IMG/VR virus record: IMGVR_UViG_3300016722_000143
Location: 1 to 42,863 of that record
Reading direction: 5' to 3' (one strand)
Source of the DNA: a virus
Lineage: Duplodnaviria; Caudoviricetes
Length of the DNA stretch: 42,863 nt
This document shows positions 33,332 to 41,825 of the stretch, in pieces. A program made the translations under genes and the position numbers. Position 1 is the stretch's first letter. Every line of letters starts with the position of its first letter. Below the pieces are notes generated by a model. It did no database searches, was not told the origin of the DNA, and saw only the letters and a program-made list of their open reading frames with translations.

Positions 33332-35341
33332 TCAGTCGTCTTTTTTGTAGAAATCGCAGATGTACGAATCGGCGTCGAGCGGGAGCCCTTCGCACCATTT
33401 GAGGTCCCGGAGCTTCATGGTCTCGACTATCGTTTTCTCCATCTTCTCCGCTTTGTCCGAAGGCACTTCGTTGATGCATTCGTCATGGACGTGGAAGACG
33501 GTTTCGAAGCCTTTTTGGTCGAGCCTGAACAGCGCCTCGGCCAGGCAGTCCCTCGCGGTTGCCTGAATGATGTTCTCGAAGAGCTTCCCGCCGTAGGTGC
33601 GGACGTAGACGAAGGTGTTGCCGAAGCCCTCCTTCATGTCGAGGTACTCGATCTGTCGCCCGGGGCCGTCCTCGCGCTCGGCCATCCTGGCTCCTTTGTA
33701 GGCGATCAGGCGGCCGCTAGGCAGTCGGATGAAGAGGGAGTCTCGGACGAACGCGGCCTCGATCCCTTTGGCGGAGGGGATCCCGTAGCGGACCCCCGGG
33801 TGCTCTATGGCGTCCATGGCCGCCCTTTCGACCGTCTTCCACAGCTTGACGATCTCCGGGTTGTTCTCCCTCCAGACGTCGACCAGGTATTGGATCTCGT
33901 CGTCGCTGAGCCCCATGGCTTCGGCGCCGAAGCGCTTGTAGGCCCCGATCCCGCCGCCGTACGCCCCCGCGAGCTCGGCGACTTTGCCCTTGGCCCTTTC
34001 GTCGTGGGTTATGGCCTCGGCCTTTTTGTTGAACATCCTCGCCGCGGTCTCCTTGTAGATGTCCTTCCCGGCGGCGAAGGCGTCGAGCTTGTACTGCTCT
34101 CCGGCCATCCAGGCTGCGACGCGGCATTCGATCTGGCAGTAATCGGCCACCACGAACCGGCATCCCGGTTTTGGGATGAAGGCCGTCCGGATCAGTTGGC
34201 TCAGCGTGTCCATCGGCTTCCCGTATTCGAGCTCCAGCCAGTCGAACTCGCCATTGGCGGCGTGTTCCCGGGCTATCTCGATCGCGGGGAGCGTGTTTCT
34301 GGGCAGGTTCTGCGTTTGAACGATGCGTCCGGCCCACCGGCCCGTTCTGATCGCGCCGTCGAACTGAAGCGTGCCGTGCAGCCTCCAGCAGCCGTCCTCC
34401 GGATGCCAGACGGCCGCCCGCAGCATCGCGTCGTATTTGGTTACGCTGGTCTTGCCAAGCTCCTTTCGGGCCTTCAGATAGGCGATGACGTCTTTGTCGG
34501 CGGCTTCCGCTATGAGGCCGTCGAGGGAGGCCTTCGATAGGTTTTCGAACTCGACGCCTTTTGATCGGAGCCAGTCTTTGGCTCTGGGCATCGATTGCGG
34601 GTTGTCGAGTCCACTGGCGGCTTTCGCCTCCGCCATGAGCTCCCCGACGTGCTCCGCCGAGTACCGGCTTACGGATTTGGCCATGTCGGCGTCGACGCCG
34701 ACCCCGCGGTCGTTGATCCGCTGGTCTACGGCGTAGATCTCCCATTCGTGCCCCGGGCATTCCGGGTATTTGGACTCGATCGACCCTACGGCCCTTTCGG
34801 CCTCGACGTCCTGGCGGTTGTAGTCCTTGAATGTCTCCCAGTCGCCCTTGGTCCCCGGGAGCGCGGCCTGCGGATAGATCCTCTTGCCGTCCTTCTGAGG
34901 CTTGCAGAACATCGCGATCAGCTTTTTGCCGACCGACAGTTTCTTTTTGTCGTTCGGTATCCCGAGCCATGATCCGGCTTTGTCCAGCGACCCCGGGAGG
35001 CCGAGCTGATAGGCCCGGACCATCGTGCACCGCCATTGGCCGGGTTCGAGCAGCCCGCCGGCGTAGTATCTTCTCGAGAAGCACAGTCTTTCGAAGGCGG
35101 CGTTGTGGGCCACTTTCACGATCGCCGGATCGGACAGATCGTCGGTCAGACGGTTGATGTCCGGGTTCTCGGCGACATCTTCAAGCATCAGATCGATCTG
35201 CCTCACCGGCTCGTCGTCGTAGGCGTAGCCGATGAGCATGATCTCGAAGCTCGGGTGCTCGACGTACTTGCGCACGCCGACTTCGGCGAGATCCAGTTCG
35301 CAGTAGGTCTCTATGTCCAAGTGCAGCGTGCGCATTCTCAT
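33332..35341 (-). CDS. Family A DNA polymerase with 3'-5' exonuclease
   Basis: Exo 'LDIETY', 'AHNAAFE', 'YNRQDV'; motif A 'ADYCQIECRV', motif B 'RAKGKVAELAGAYGG', motif C 'HVHDE'. Confidence 0.95.
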   Translation of the reverse strand: MRMRTLHLDIETYCELDLAEVGVRKYVEHPSFEIMLIGYAYDDEPVRQIDLMLEDVAENPDINRLTDDLSDPAIVKVAHNAAFERLCFSRRYYAGGLLEPGQWRCTMVRAYQLGLPGSLDKAGSWLGIPNDKKKLSVGKKLIAMFCKPQKDGKRIYPQAALPGTKGDWETFKDYNRQDVEAERAVGSIESKYPECPGHEWEIYAVDQRINDRGVGVDADMAKSVSRYSAEHVGELMAEAKAASGLDNPQSMPRAKDWLRSKGVEFENLSKASLDGLIAEAADKDVIAYLKARKELGKTSVTKYDAMLRAAVWHPEDGCWRLHGTLQFDGAIRTGRWAGRIVQTQNLPRNTLPAIEIAREHAANGEFDWLELEYGKPMDTLSQLIRTAFIPKPGCRFVVADYCQIECRVAAWMAGEQYKLDAFAAGKDIYKETAARMFNKKAEAITHDERAKGKVAELAGAYGGGIGAYKRFGAEAMGLSDDEIQYLVDVWRENNPEIVKLWKTVERAAMDAIEHPGVRYGIPSAKGIEAAFVRDSLFIRLPSGRLIAYKGARMAEREDGPGRQIEYLDMKEGFGNTFVYVRTYGGKLFENIIQATARDCLAEALFRLDQKGFETVFHVHDECINEVPSDKAEKMEKTIVETMKLRDLKWCEGLPLDADSYICDFYKKDD

Positions 35342-35347
35342 TCCTCC

Positions 35348-35992
35348 TTAGAAGGGAAGGTCGTCGTCGGCGACGTCGACCGAGTCGGTGTGGGATTTGG
35401 CCGGGTCTTCGCTGGCGGGGGCGGGCTCGCTGAGGAGGTCCGCGAAGTCAGCCTGGGCGCTGGCCCTGCCGCCGGCGTAGGTGCCTTCGGCCGTCTTCAT
35501 GATGTTGTTGAGGCCGCACGCGATTCCCTTCTTGGCCCCGCTGAAGGGGAAGAAGTTGATCGAGACCGTGGCGATCATGCCGCTGTAGATCTCGTCGGTG
35601 TGCCCGGGCTGGGTGAGGTCAAGGCCCGATTGGTCGATGACGCCCGGCTTGGTCTTGGAGTTCGCGCTGATGACCCAAAAGCCTTTGTAGCTTTCGAAGT
35701 CGGCGACCGTTCCCGCGGCGGCGATCTTGTCCCCGTCGTGGATGATCTTCTTGCATTCGTTCCAGTCGGGGTTCTTGCCTCCCCACTTCTGGGCTTTGCC
35801 GTTTTCGTAGGCGGCCGTCATGGCCTTGGCGATCTTGGCCAGGGCGTCTTTGGTCGCAGGGGCGTCTTTCTTGATGCGCATCTGGACGCTGTAGCGGGGC
35901 TCGCCGCCGCTCGGACCGGCTTTCGGCTCGAGCACGGCGACGTAGTTGAGGCTGACGTTCGGGAGTAGGATCTTCGTTTCTTCTGGTTTCAT
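35348..35992 (-). CDS. DUF2815 / T7 gp2.5-like single-stranded DNA-binding protein
   Basis: 'PRYSVQM', 'IHDGD', 'EIYSG', 'KGIACGLNNIMK', acidic 'DDDLPF' tail. Confidence 0.9.
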   Translation of the reverse strand: MKPEETKILLPNVSLNYVAVLEPKAGPSGGEPRYSVQMRIKKDAPATKDALAKIAKAMTAAYENGKAQKWGGKNPDWNECKKIIHDGDKIAAAGTVADFESYKGFWVISANSKTKPGVIDQSGLDLTQPGHTDEIYSGMIATVSINFFPFSGAKKGIACGLNNIMKTAEGTYAGGRASAQADFADLLSEPAPASEDPAKSHTDSVDVADDDLPF

Positions 35993-35995
35993 GGG

Positions 35996-37237
35996 TTATT
36001 CACCCTCCTTTTTGATCAAGCCGGCGAAGTCGTCCTGCGCGGAGGCTGGCTTGTAGTCCTCGCGGGGATCGTCGGAATCGGCGAGCTGCGGCTTGCCGGC
36101 GACGACTGTCTTGTGCGGGAGGGCTATCGTTTCGAAGTCCTCCTTTTTGATGGCGCCCTTCAGCTTGTTGGGGCTGAGAAGGTCCTGCGGCTCGCAGACG
36201 TCCATGAGCCTGTAGCCTTTGTCCTGCAGCTGGCGCTTTAGCTTGTCCGGGTCGTCCCAGCCGGAGCTGGATCTTCCGGAGACGGCCTTCCAGCCTTCGT
36301 GCGGCTTCCCTTGGAGGATTTCCCCCAGGAGATGGGCGGAGACGTCGTTGGCCACCTTTTCGAGCATCCCGGCGTTCTTTGCGAAGAAGGTCATGGCCTT
36401 CTCGCCCATCAGCTCCGGCGTCAGGCCGTCACCTGATTCCTGGACAGCCTTCCGCATCTCGTCGACGATCGCCAGGACGCGGGCTTTGCACATGTCCCTG
36501 GCGGGGCAGAACCCTTCCGAGCACCATGGCCCCGGGGAGAACGCGCCCCCGCCCTCATCGGCGAGCTTGGCGAGCGGTTTCACGGACTCGCCCCAGTCGA
36601 GGAGCTCCTTCTTCGTGAGGCTCTCGCCGCTGACCCAGTTGAGGCGCGGCTGCACGATATGGGTCTCGAAGCCCTCGATCTCGTATAGGCTGTTGAGCTC
36701 CTCGTAGACTCCGAGGGCGTATAGGCGCAGCTGGCTGTTGTTGCGCCCGTCGACCTGGATCCCTTTCCCGTATTTGAGATCGAAGACGTGGCAGGCCCCG
36801 TCGCTGATGATCACGCAGTCGCTGGTGCCGAAGCCCTCCGGGACCCAATGGTCGAAGCTGATCTTCTGCTCGATGAGGATGTCGGCTTCCGGATCCTTGA
36901 GCCTCAGCCCGTCGAAGACCTCGGCGATCTGGGCGACGTAGAACGCGATGGCGTTCCGCATCTCCTGGTCGATCTTGGCTTCCTTGGTCCGCCCGGGATC
37001 CTCGGGCGTCGGGTCCTCGACGGTGACGCTCTTCATCTCGACGGGGGCGAAGTCGGTCCGGCCCCGCTCCTTGTAGAGGGTGAGGAGCTTCTCGGCGAAG
37101 GCGTGGGCGAGATGCCCTTCCTCCGCGTATTTGCTTTCCTCGTTCGGCAGCTTCTCGCAAAGCGCGACGCTTTTGGGGCACCGCATCCATCTCTTCGAGC
37201 TCGAGGCGCTGAGCCTCGCATGCGTTTCAGGTGGCAT
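35996..37237 (-). CDS. DUF2800 PD-(D/E)xK (Cas4-like) nuclease
   Basis: 'HARLSASSSKRWMRCPKS', 'EGFGTSD', 'FDLKYGKG', 'QLRLYALG', 'GPWCSEGFCPARDMC'. Confidence 0.9.
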   Translation of the reverse strand: MPPETHARLSASSSKRWMRCPKSVALCEKLPNEESKYAEEGHLAHAFAEKLLTLYKERGRTDFAPVEMKSVTVEDPTPEDPGRTKEAKIDQEMRNAIAFYVAQIAEVFDGLRLKDPEADILIEQKISFDHWVPEGFGTSDCVIISDGACHVFDLKYGKGIQVDGRNNSQLRLYALGVYEELNSLYEIEGFETHIVQPRLNWVSGESLTKKELLDWGESVKPLAKLADEGGGAFSPGPWCSEGFCPARDMCKARVLAIVDEMRKAVQESGDGLTPELMGEKAMTFFAKNAGMLEKVANDVSAHLLGEILQGKPHEGWKAVSGRSSSGWDDPDKLKRQLQDKGYRLMDVCEPQDLLSPNKLKGAIKKEDFETIALPHKTVVAGKPQLADSDDPREDYKPASAQDDFAGLIKKEGE

Positions 37238-37744
37238 TTAATTCGTTCCTTTCCCCGGCGCCTTCAGGCTGTTCATCTTTCGGATGAATTCCGGGATGTC
37301 CTTGCCCTGCAGGTCGGCGGCGGCGTTGGCTTTGAATGACTCTCTGAGCGTCTGGAGGATCAGCGCCTTCGGGATCCCGCGCTTCTTGGCGTCCTCCACC
37401 GCTCGGAGGGCTCCCTCGTGGGTCGCGGCTTTCTCCGGCTCGGCGGCGGGCTCCGGTTTTGCGGCGCCGGCTTTCGGCTCCTCCAGCCCGGCGAACGGAT
37501 CGTCCGACGGCCCTTCGGCCTCCGGATCCTCGAGTCGGCTCGGCTGAGCGGCTGGTTTCTCCCCCGCCTCCTCGTTTTTTCTCGGTTTGGGCCCCCCGCC
37601 CGTGTAGACGTGGGCTCCGGTGGGCTCGAGCTTCTCGGACCTCTCGGCCAGCTTCTTGGCGAAGTCGGCGAGGATGGTGATCAGCGTCGCGGTCTCCTTC
37701 GAGGCCTCGACGGTCACTTTGATGTTTAATTGGATAGGTTCCAT
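37238..37744 (-). CDS. Conserved phage protein upstream of DUF2800
   Basis: Pro/Ala/Glu-rich linker plus C-terminal helical domain 'LQTLRESFKANAAADL'; conserved synteny. Confidence 0.65.
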   Translation of the reverse strand: MEPIQLNIKVTVEASKETATLITILADFAKKLAERSEKLEPTGAHVYTGGGPKPRKNEEAGEKPAAQPSRLEDPEAEGPSDDPFAGLEEPKAGAAKPEPAAEPEKAATHEGALRAVEDAKKRGIPKALILQTLRESFKANAAADLQGKDIPEFIRKMNSLKAPGKGTN

Positions 37745-37765
37745 GTGATTGCTTCACTCCTTTCT

Positions 37766-38062
37766 CTATCCCTCTATCGGGACGTATTCGCCGGAGTCGG
37801 CCAGAATATAGGCCTCGCCGTCGATCGTCTTTAAGAGCGGCTTGTAATCGGGGTCGCCGAGCCTGGGCGGCATCGGTTCGTCCCGGTAGTCCGGCGGGAT
37901 GTCCGCCTGCGCGTTTTTGCGCGGCTTTTGGCTGAGCATCGCCCAGAGCTGTCTGGTGCTCAGCCCGTCGTAGAACGTTTGCTTATAGGGATACCGCTGT
38001 CCCAAGACGATTTTCAGGTAATTCCTTTCTTCGTCTTCGCTGTCGAAGTCGTATTGGGGCAT
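37766..38062 (-). CDS. Hypothetical phage protein
   Basis: Start MPQYDFDS with AGGAGG RBS. Confidence 0.55.
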   Translation of the reverse strand: MPQYDFDSEDEERNYLKIVLGQRYPYKQTFYDGLSTRQLWAMLSQKPRKNAQADIPPDYRDEPMPPRLGDPDYKPLLKTIDGEAYILADSGEYVPIEG

Positions 38063-38181
38063 CGTCTTGCCTCCTTCCCCAGGCTTTCCTGGTACGGGCC
38101 CCAGACGGCGCCCAGGATCCAATCCAGGGAGTCCTCCGGGACCGTTGCCGATGTCGGCTTTTCGCTGACGGTTGAGAGCAT
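38014..38181 (-). CDS. Possible small ORF (55 aa), not in ORF track
   Basis: MLSTVSEKPTSATVPEDSLDWILGAVWG...; GAGG RBS; fills the operon gap. Confidence 0.3.
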   Translation of the reverse strand: MLSTVSEKPTSATVPEDSLDWILGAVWGPYQESLGKEARRCPNTTSTAKTKKGIT

Positions 38182-38194
38182 GATAAAAAACCTC

Positions 38195-38413
38195 TCAGGC
38201 CCTTAAGAGGAAGTAGTCGATGGGCTTCCCGGTAAGAGTCGAAATGACGATCAGATCGTCGAGCGTAAGGACGCCGCTGCTCGCCATCTTCTGCCGAAGG
38301 GTCCCTTTTGTGCACTCAAGCTCAGCCATCAGCTGATCGTCGTCGATGTGCGAGTCGAGAAGCGCGGCTTTGACGTGGTCGAGGTCGATTCTCTCTTTGT
38401 TTTTGTTGGGCAT
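38195..38413 (-). CDS. Cro-like HTH protein (72 aa)
   Basis: Start MPNKNKERID; 'DQLMAELECTKGTLRQKM...LTLDDLIVISTLTGKPIDYFL' XRE-like pattern. Confidence 0.65.
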   Translation of the reverse strand: MPNKNKERIDLDHVKAALLDSHIDDDQLMAELECTKGTLRQKMASSGVLTLDDLIVISTLTGKPIDYFLLRA

Positions 38414-38438
38414 GTGATCTCCTTTCCCTTCACTTTCT

Positions 38439-38780
38439 TCATCGCGGATAGCCCGAATCTGGCGTCCCGTCTTTCCGATGCGCCTCGTCCGTGCCCAATT
38501 CGTCCTTAAGCCAGGCGACTGCCACGCTCGGGCTGACGAACTCCTCGGTCCAGGCATCGCCGCCGCGGTTGTCCACCGCTATCCAGCGGCCGCTGTCGGC
38601 GGGTCCGTCCGAATCGTAGGCGAGGTAGGCAGCCTTGTTCTCTTCTCGGCACCATGAGGGCGGGTCTCCCATCAGAAGGGCCTCCACCGTCTCCTTGGCC
38701 ACCAGACGGACCCCGAGGGACCCTCCGGAGAGGAGGGCCGTCAGCGCCGGCTCGGGTGCTTCTTGCAGTATGCTGGCCAT
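38439..38780 (-). CDS. Hypothetical phage protein
   Basis: 'WIAVDNRGGDAWTEEF...AVAWL' motif; GGAGG RBS. Confidence 0.6.
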   Translation of the reverse strand: MASILQEAPEPALTALLSGGSLGVRLVAKETVEALLMGDPPSWCREENKAAYLAYDSDGPADSGRWIAVDNRGGDAWTEEFVSPSVAVAWLKDELGTDEAHRKDGTPDSGYPR

Positions 38781-38902
38781 GACACGACCTCCCATTCATC
38801 GCATTCGGTGTGGCCGATATGCTCGGCTTCCGTCTTGCTTTCGAACCTCCGGCCGTTGGCCAGAAGCCTCCCCGTGTCGGGGTTTACCAGGACCCAGAGC
38901 AT
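38741..38902 (-). CDS. Small early protein (53 aa), not in ORF track
   Basis: MLWVLVNPDTGRLLANGRRFESKTEAEH...; strong AAAGGAGG RBS. Confidence 0.5.
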   Translation of the reverse strand: MLWVLVNPDTGRLLANGRRFESKTEAEHIGHTECDEWEVVSWPAYCKKHPSRR

Positions 38903-38933
38903 TTTCGGATCCTCCTTTCCTTTTTCCGTCGTC

Positions 38934-39362
38934 TCACTTTGCGTACTGGGCGAGCTGCCGCTCGGCGCCCTTGATCATCTTGACCGCGTTTTCCTCCGTC
39001 AGAGTGTGGCCGAAAAAGAAGGGGTCCCCGCAGTCGTTGATGACGAAGGCGTAGCAGCCGTCCCCGCTGATTTCGTATCTTCCGATTTCGCGGCGCTGGC
39101 CGGCGACGAGCTCATTCTTTTTGTAGACGATGCCGCACCCGTTGTCGTGGGCGACCTCATAAACGGGGCTGTTGTCCTCCTCCTCGGCGGCGTATTTCGC
39201 GTAAGCCTCCATGAGGCATCCGAGGTAAGAGTCGTAGCCGTGGATGCCTTCCCAGGACAAAAAGTGCTCAAGGACCTCTCTCGGGTCCATGGCGTCGGTT
39301 TGCTCTTCCGGGTAACCGCTGTTGATGAGAGCCGTGTAGACGTAGGCATCGTACTTTCTCAT
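38934..39362 (-). CDS. First gene of the lytic operon, hypothetical
   Basis: Start MRKYDAYV with AAGGAG RBS; divergent from the repressor. Confidence 0.65.
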   Translation of the reverse strand: MRKYDAYVYTALINSGYPEEQTDAMDPREVLEHFLSWEGIHGYDSYLGCLMEAYAKYAAEEEDNSPVYEVAHDNGCGIVYKKNELVAGQRREIGRYEISGDGCYAFVINDCGDPFFFGHTLTEENAVKMIKGAERQLAQYAK

Positions 39363-39390
39363 AAGGGCTTCACTCCTTTGCTGTGCCCAT

Positions 39391-39419
39391 ATTATTGTCG
39401 GTGTTTTGCTGACGGTCAA
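39391..39419 (-). promoter_or_regulatory. Putative early lytic sigma-70 promoter
   Basis: Minus strand TTGACC-17 bp-AATAAT in the AT-rich divergent intergenic region. Confidence 0.45.
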
Positions 39420-39486
39420 GCGAAATCGTTTATTTTTGTCTATTTTTTGTTGACGCGCGTGGTAATATCTAGGCGGAGGTGGAATT

Positions 39487-39900
39487 ATGAACAACCTTAA
39501 GAAATTCCGCGAAACCATCGGCATGACGCAAACCGAACTGGCCAAAGCCTCGGGATGCGCTCGGTCCTATATTTCCGAAGTCGAGTCCGGTGATGTCAGG
39601 CTTACGCTGAAAATGGCCCGGCGGTTCGCCGAGGCCCTCCATCAGGACCCCTACGCGCTTCTCGGGTCGGACGCGATCAAGTACGACGGCTCCTTCCGCC
39701 AGACGCTCGTCAGCCTCGTCCAGGATAAATTCGACGCCTATGTGGAAATGCAGGTGTCCCACAAATGCACCCAGCGCGAATTCGAGGAATTCATGCTTTG
39801 CTACTGGATCGCCGTCGGCGGCCTCTCCGACAAGGACGTGGCCTCGCTTGAGGCGTTGGCCAATTCCCTGGCGAAGGCCCGCGGAGAGGCGAAACGATGA
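39487..39900 (+). CDS. XRE-family HTH repressor (CI-like)
   Basis: 'NLKKFRETIGMTQTELAKASGCARSYISEVESG'; GGAGG RBS; divergent from lytic operon, upstream of integrase; no S24 peptidase domain. Confidence 0.88.
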   Translation: MNNLKKFRETIGMTQTELAKASGCARSYISEVESGDVRLTLKMARRFAEALHQDPYALLGSDAIKYDGSFRQTLVSLVQDKFDAYVEMQVSHKCTQREFEEFMLCYWIAVGGLSDKDVASLEALANSLAKARGEAKR

Positions 39901-40120
39901 GCGTAACAAGGTTTTCTCTGTTACGCCTCTGTTACATTTTCCGTTACGGCCTCTTCTCGCGCATAATGATTACTTCCTATCGGAATCTTTTGCGGTTTTG
40001 TAACAATGTAACTATGTATCACGCGCGCGAGAACATATTGTGTCCGGCGATCATTCATGCCCTTGCCGTGCGATATGCTCATAGCGTGTGCGCATACGCG
40101 CTTGCGCGAGAGGGCCTCAG
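39901..40120 (+). repeat. GTAAC-iteron element, copy B
   Basis: GTTAC at 39920, 39931, 39943 and GTAAC at 39903, 40000, 40008; colinear block similarity to the reverse complement of 24393-24598. Confidence 0.55.
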
Positions 40121-41674
40121 ATGAGGGCCGTCGGCTACTGCCGCTTCAGCTCCGAGCAGCAGCGGGACGGCTTCTCGATCGAGGCCCAGGAGCGTGCGGT
40201 GAGAGAATACTGCGAGAAAAAGGGCTACTCGCTCTCCCGCTTCTACGTCGATGAGGCGAAGAGCGGCACCCGCGACGACCGCGAGCAGTTCCAGCGCATG
40301 ATCGGCGACGCGGAGGATCGGGCCTTCGACGTCATCGTCGTCCACAAACTTGACCGCTTCAGCCGGAACGTCTACGACTTCGAGGTCTACCGTAAGAAAC
40401 TAGGGGACGTCGGAGTCCAGCTCGTGTCCGTCATCGAGGACTTCGACATGTCCAAGGCCGAGGGCCAGCTGACCGCCCACTTCATGGAGTCCTTGGCAGA
40501 TTACTATTCGAAGAACCTCTCCCGCGAGACCAAGAAGGGCATGTATCAGCGCGCACGCGACGGCTTGGCCTCGGGGGGCACCATGCCGCTCGGGTACGCG
40601 AAGACCCCGGACGGGAGGCGCTATCAGATCGACGAGTCCCGCAAGGCGGTCGCCGTGGAGATCTTTCAGCGCGTCGCGTCGGGCGAGACACCCACCGCCA
40701 TTGCCAAGGCCCTGACCGACCGAGGCGTCCACGGGATCTACGGCGGCTCAATCTGGGAGAGCACGGTCCGAGCGATCGTGACGAACACGCTTTATTTCGG
40801 AATGCTCACCATGAGGGTGGCCGGAGGGGATCCCATCCGGACCCCAGGCGCGGCCCCCGCCCTGGTCAGCGAGGATCTCTGGAGGAAGGCAAACGGGGAG
40901 CTGGCGCGGATGAGCAAGCCGCGCGGGCCGAGGAAAGGCCCGGACGCGTTCCCCCTTTACGGGCTCATGTGGTGCGGGGAGTGCGGGGCCCGCATCGTCG
41001 GCTTCAGCCATTTCATGGGAGGCAAGGACAAATCCTACTACCGCTGCTCCGAACGAGCCAAGGGCCATTCGAAGTGCGACCTTCCCCTCTTCCGGAAGGA
41101 ACTTCTGGAGAAGGAGGTCTTCAAGGCAACGGTGAGTTTCCTCACCTCGAGGTCCTTCGTCGAGTGGCTCTGCGCGCAGTTCAACGGCTATCTCGATCGG
41201 AGGAGGGAAGGCGGTGACCTCGCCTCCGCCAAGAAGGAGGTCGAGGACATCGGGCGCAGGCGCTCCCGGCTCGCGGACGCCTATCTATCCGGGGACATGC
41301 CGAAGGACATCTACTCGGCGCGGTCATCCGATCTCGAGAAGGCCTACTCGGCGGCGAAGGCCAAGGCGGCCTCGCTCGGGGGCCGGGCGGTGAAAAGAGC
41401 GGACCCGGAAGGGATCCGCGCGGCATTCAGCTATTACATCGAGCAATGGAAGGACGAGGGAAAGCGATCGCTTTTCTACCGTGCGTTCATCGAGAGGATC
41501 GTGGCCTACCCCGACCGCCTCGAGATCACGTTCCGGACGCCGCTCGGGCCCATCAAGAAGTCGATAGGTGCATTAGGCGCAAGTCCGGTCCCGGGCACCA
41601 AGAAATCACGAAAGCGCGATATTATCGCGCTTTTTTCATATCCAACGAAAGCCTCTTATACACGATTTTTTTAA
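40121..41674 (+). CDS. Large serine recombinase (integrase)
   Basis: 'GYCRFSSEQQ...SIEAQ', 'DEAKSG...REQFQRMI', 'KLDRFSR', 'PLGY', Zn ribbon 'CGECG...YYRC...C', coiled coil. Confidence 0.95.
   Translation: MRAVGYCRFSSEQQRDGFSIEAQERAVREYCEKKGYSLSRFYVDEAKSGTRDDREQFQRMIGDAEDRAFDVIVVHKLDRFSRNVYDFEVYRKKLGDVGVQLVSVIEDFDMSKAEGQLTAHFMESLADYYSKNLSRETKKGMYQRARDGLASGGTMPLGYAKTPDGRRYQIDESRKAVAVEIFQRVASGETPTAIAKALTDRGVHGIYGGSIWESTVRAIVTNTLYFGMLTMRVAGGDPIRTPGAAPALVSEDLWRKANGELARMSKPRGPRKGPDAFPLYGLMWCGECGARIVGFSHFMGGKDKSYYRCSERAKGHSKCDLPLFRKELLEKEVFKATVSFLTSRSFVEWLCAQFNGYLDRRREGGDLASAKKEVEDIGRRRSRLADAYLSGDMPKDIYSARSSDLEKAYSAAKAKAASLGGRAVKRADPEGIRAAFSYYIEQWKDEGKRSLFYRAFIERIVAYPDRLEITFRTPLGPIKKSIGALGASPVPGTKKSRKRDIIALFSYPTKASYTRFF
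41611..41636 (+). other. Palindrome with T-run inside the integrase 3' end (terminator- or att-like)
   Basis: AAAGCGCGATA-T-TATCGCGCTTT then TTT; coincides with the compositional shift. Confidence 0.45.
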
Positions 41675-41790
41675 GGAATAGAAATAGGAAAAATGTATTC
41701 CTTTTTACGTGGAAAGTTTATCGTTTTGTTTTTTATGAAAGTAACACATATAAGTTTTTAAATGCATATTTGTCATTGGATTATATGCAT

Positions 41791-41819
41791 TTGAATTTGT
41801 ATCTATCCTTCGGTATAAT
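41791..41819 (+). promoter_or_regulatory. Sigma-70 promoter of the fic gene
   Basis: TTGAAT-17 bp-TATAAT; ATG follows after 6 nt with no RBS. Confidence 0.75.
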
Positions 41820-41825
41820 CGTTCT

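Larger units (their letters stand above)
450..41674 (-). mobile_element. Temperate siphovirus-like prophage carrying a DGR (boundaries approximate)
   Basis: Complete ordered set of integrase, repressor, replication, packaging, head, tail and holin-like genes. Sequence becomes visibly AT-rich after ~41,630. att sites not identified, and 1-420 may also belong to the phage. Confidence 0.93.

Noticed and set aside
35996-37237. Cas4-like nuclease as sign of a CRISPR-Cas system
   Set aside because: It is the standard DUF2800 gene of the DUF2800-DUF2815-PolA module; there is no repeat-spacer array or other cas gene in the window.
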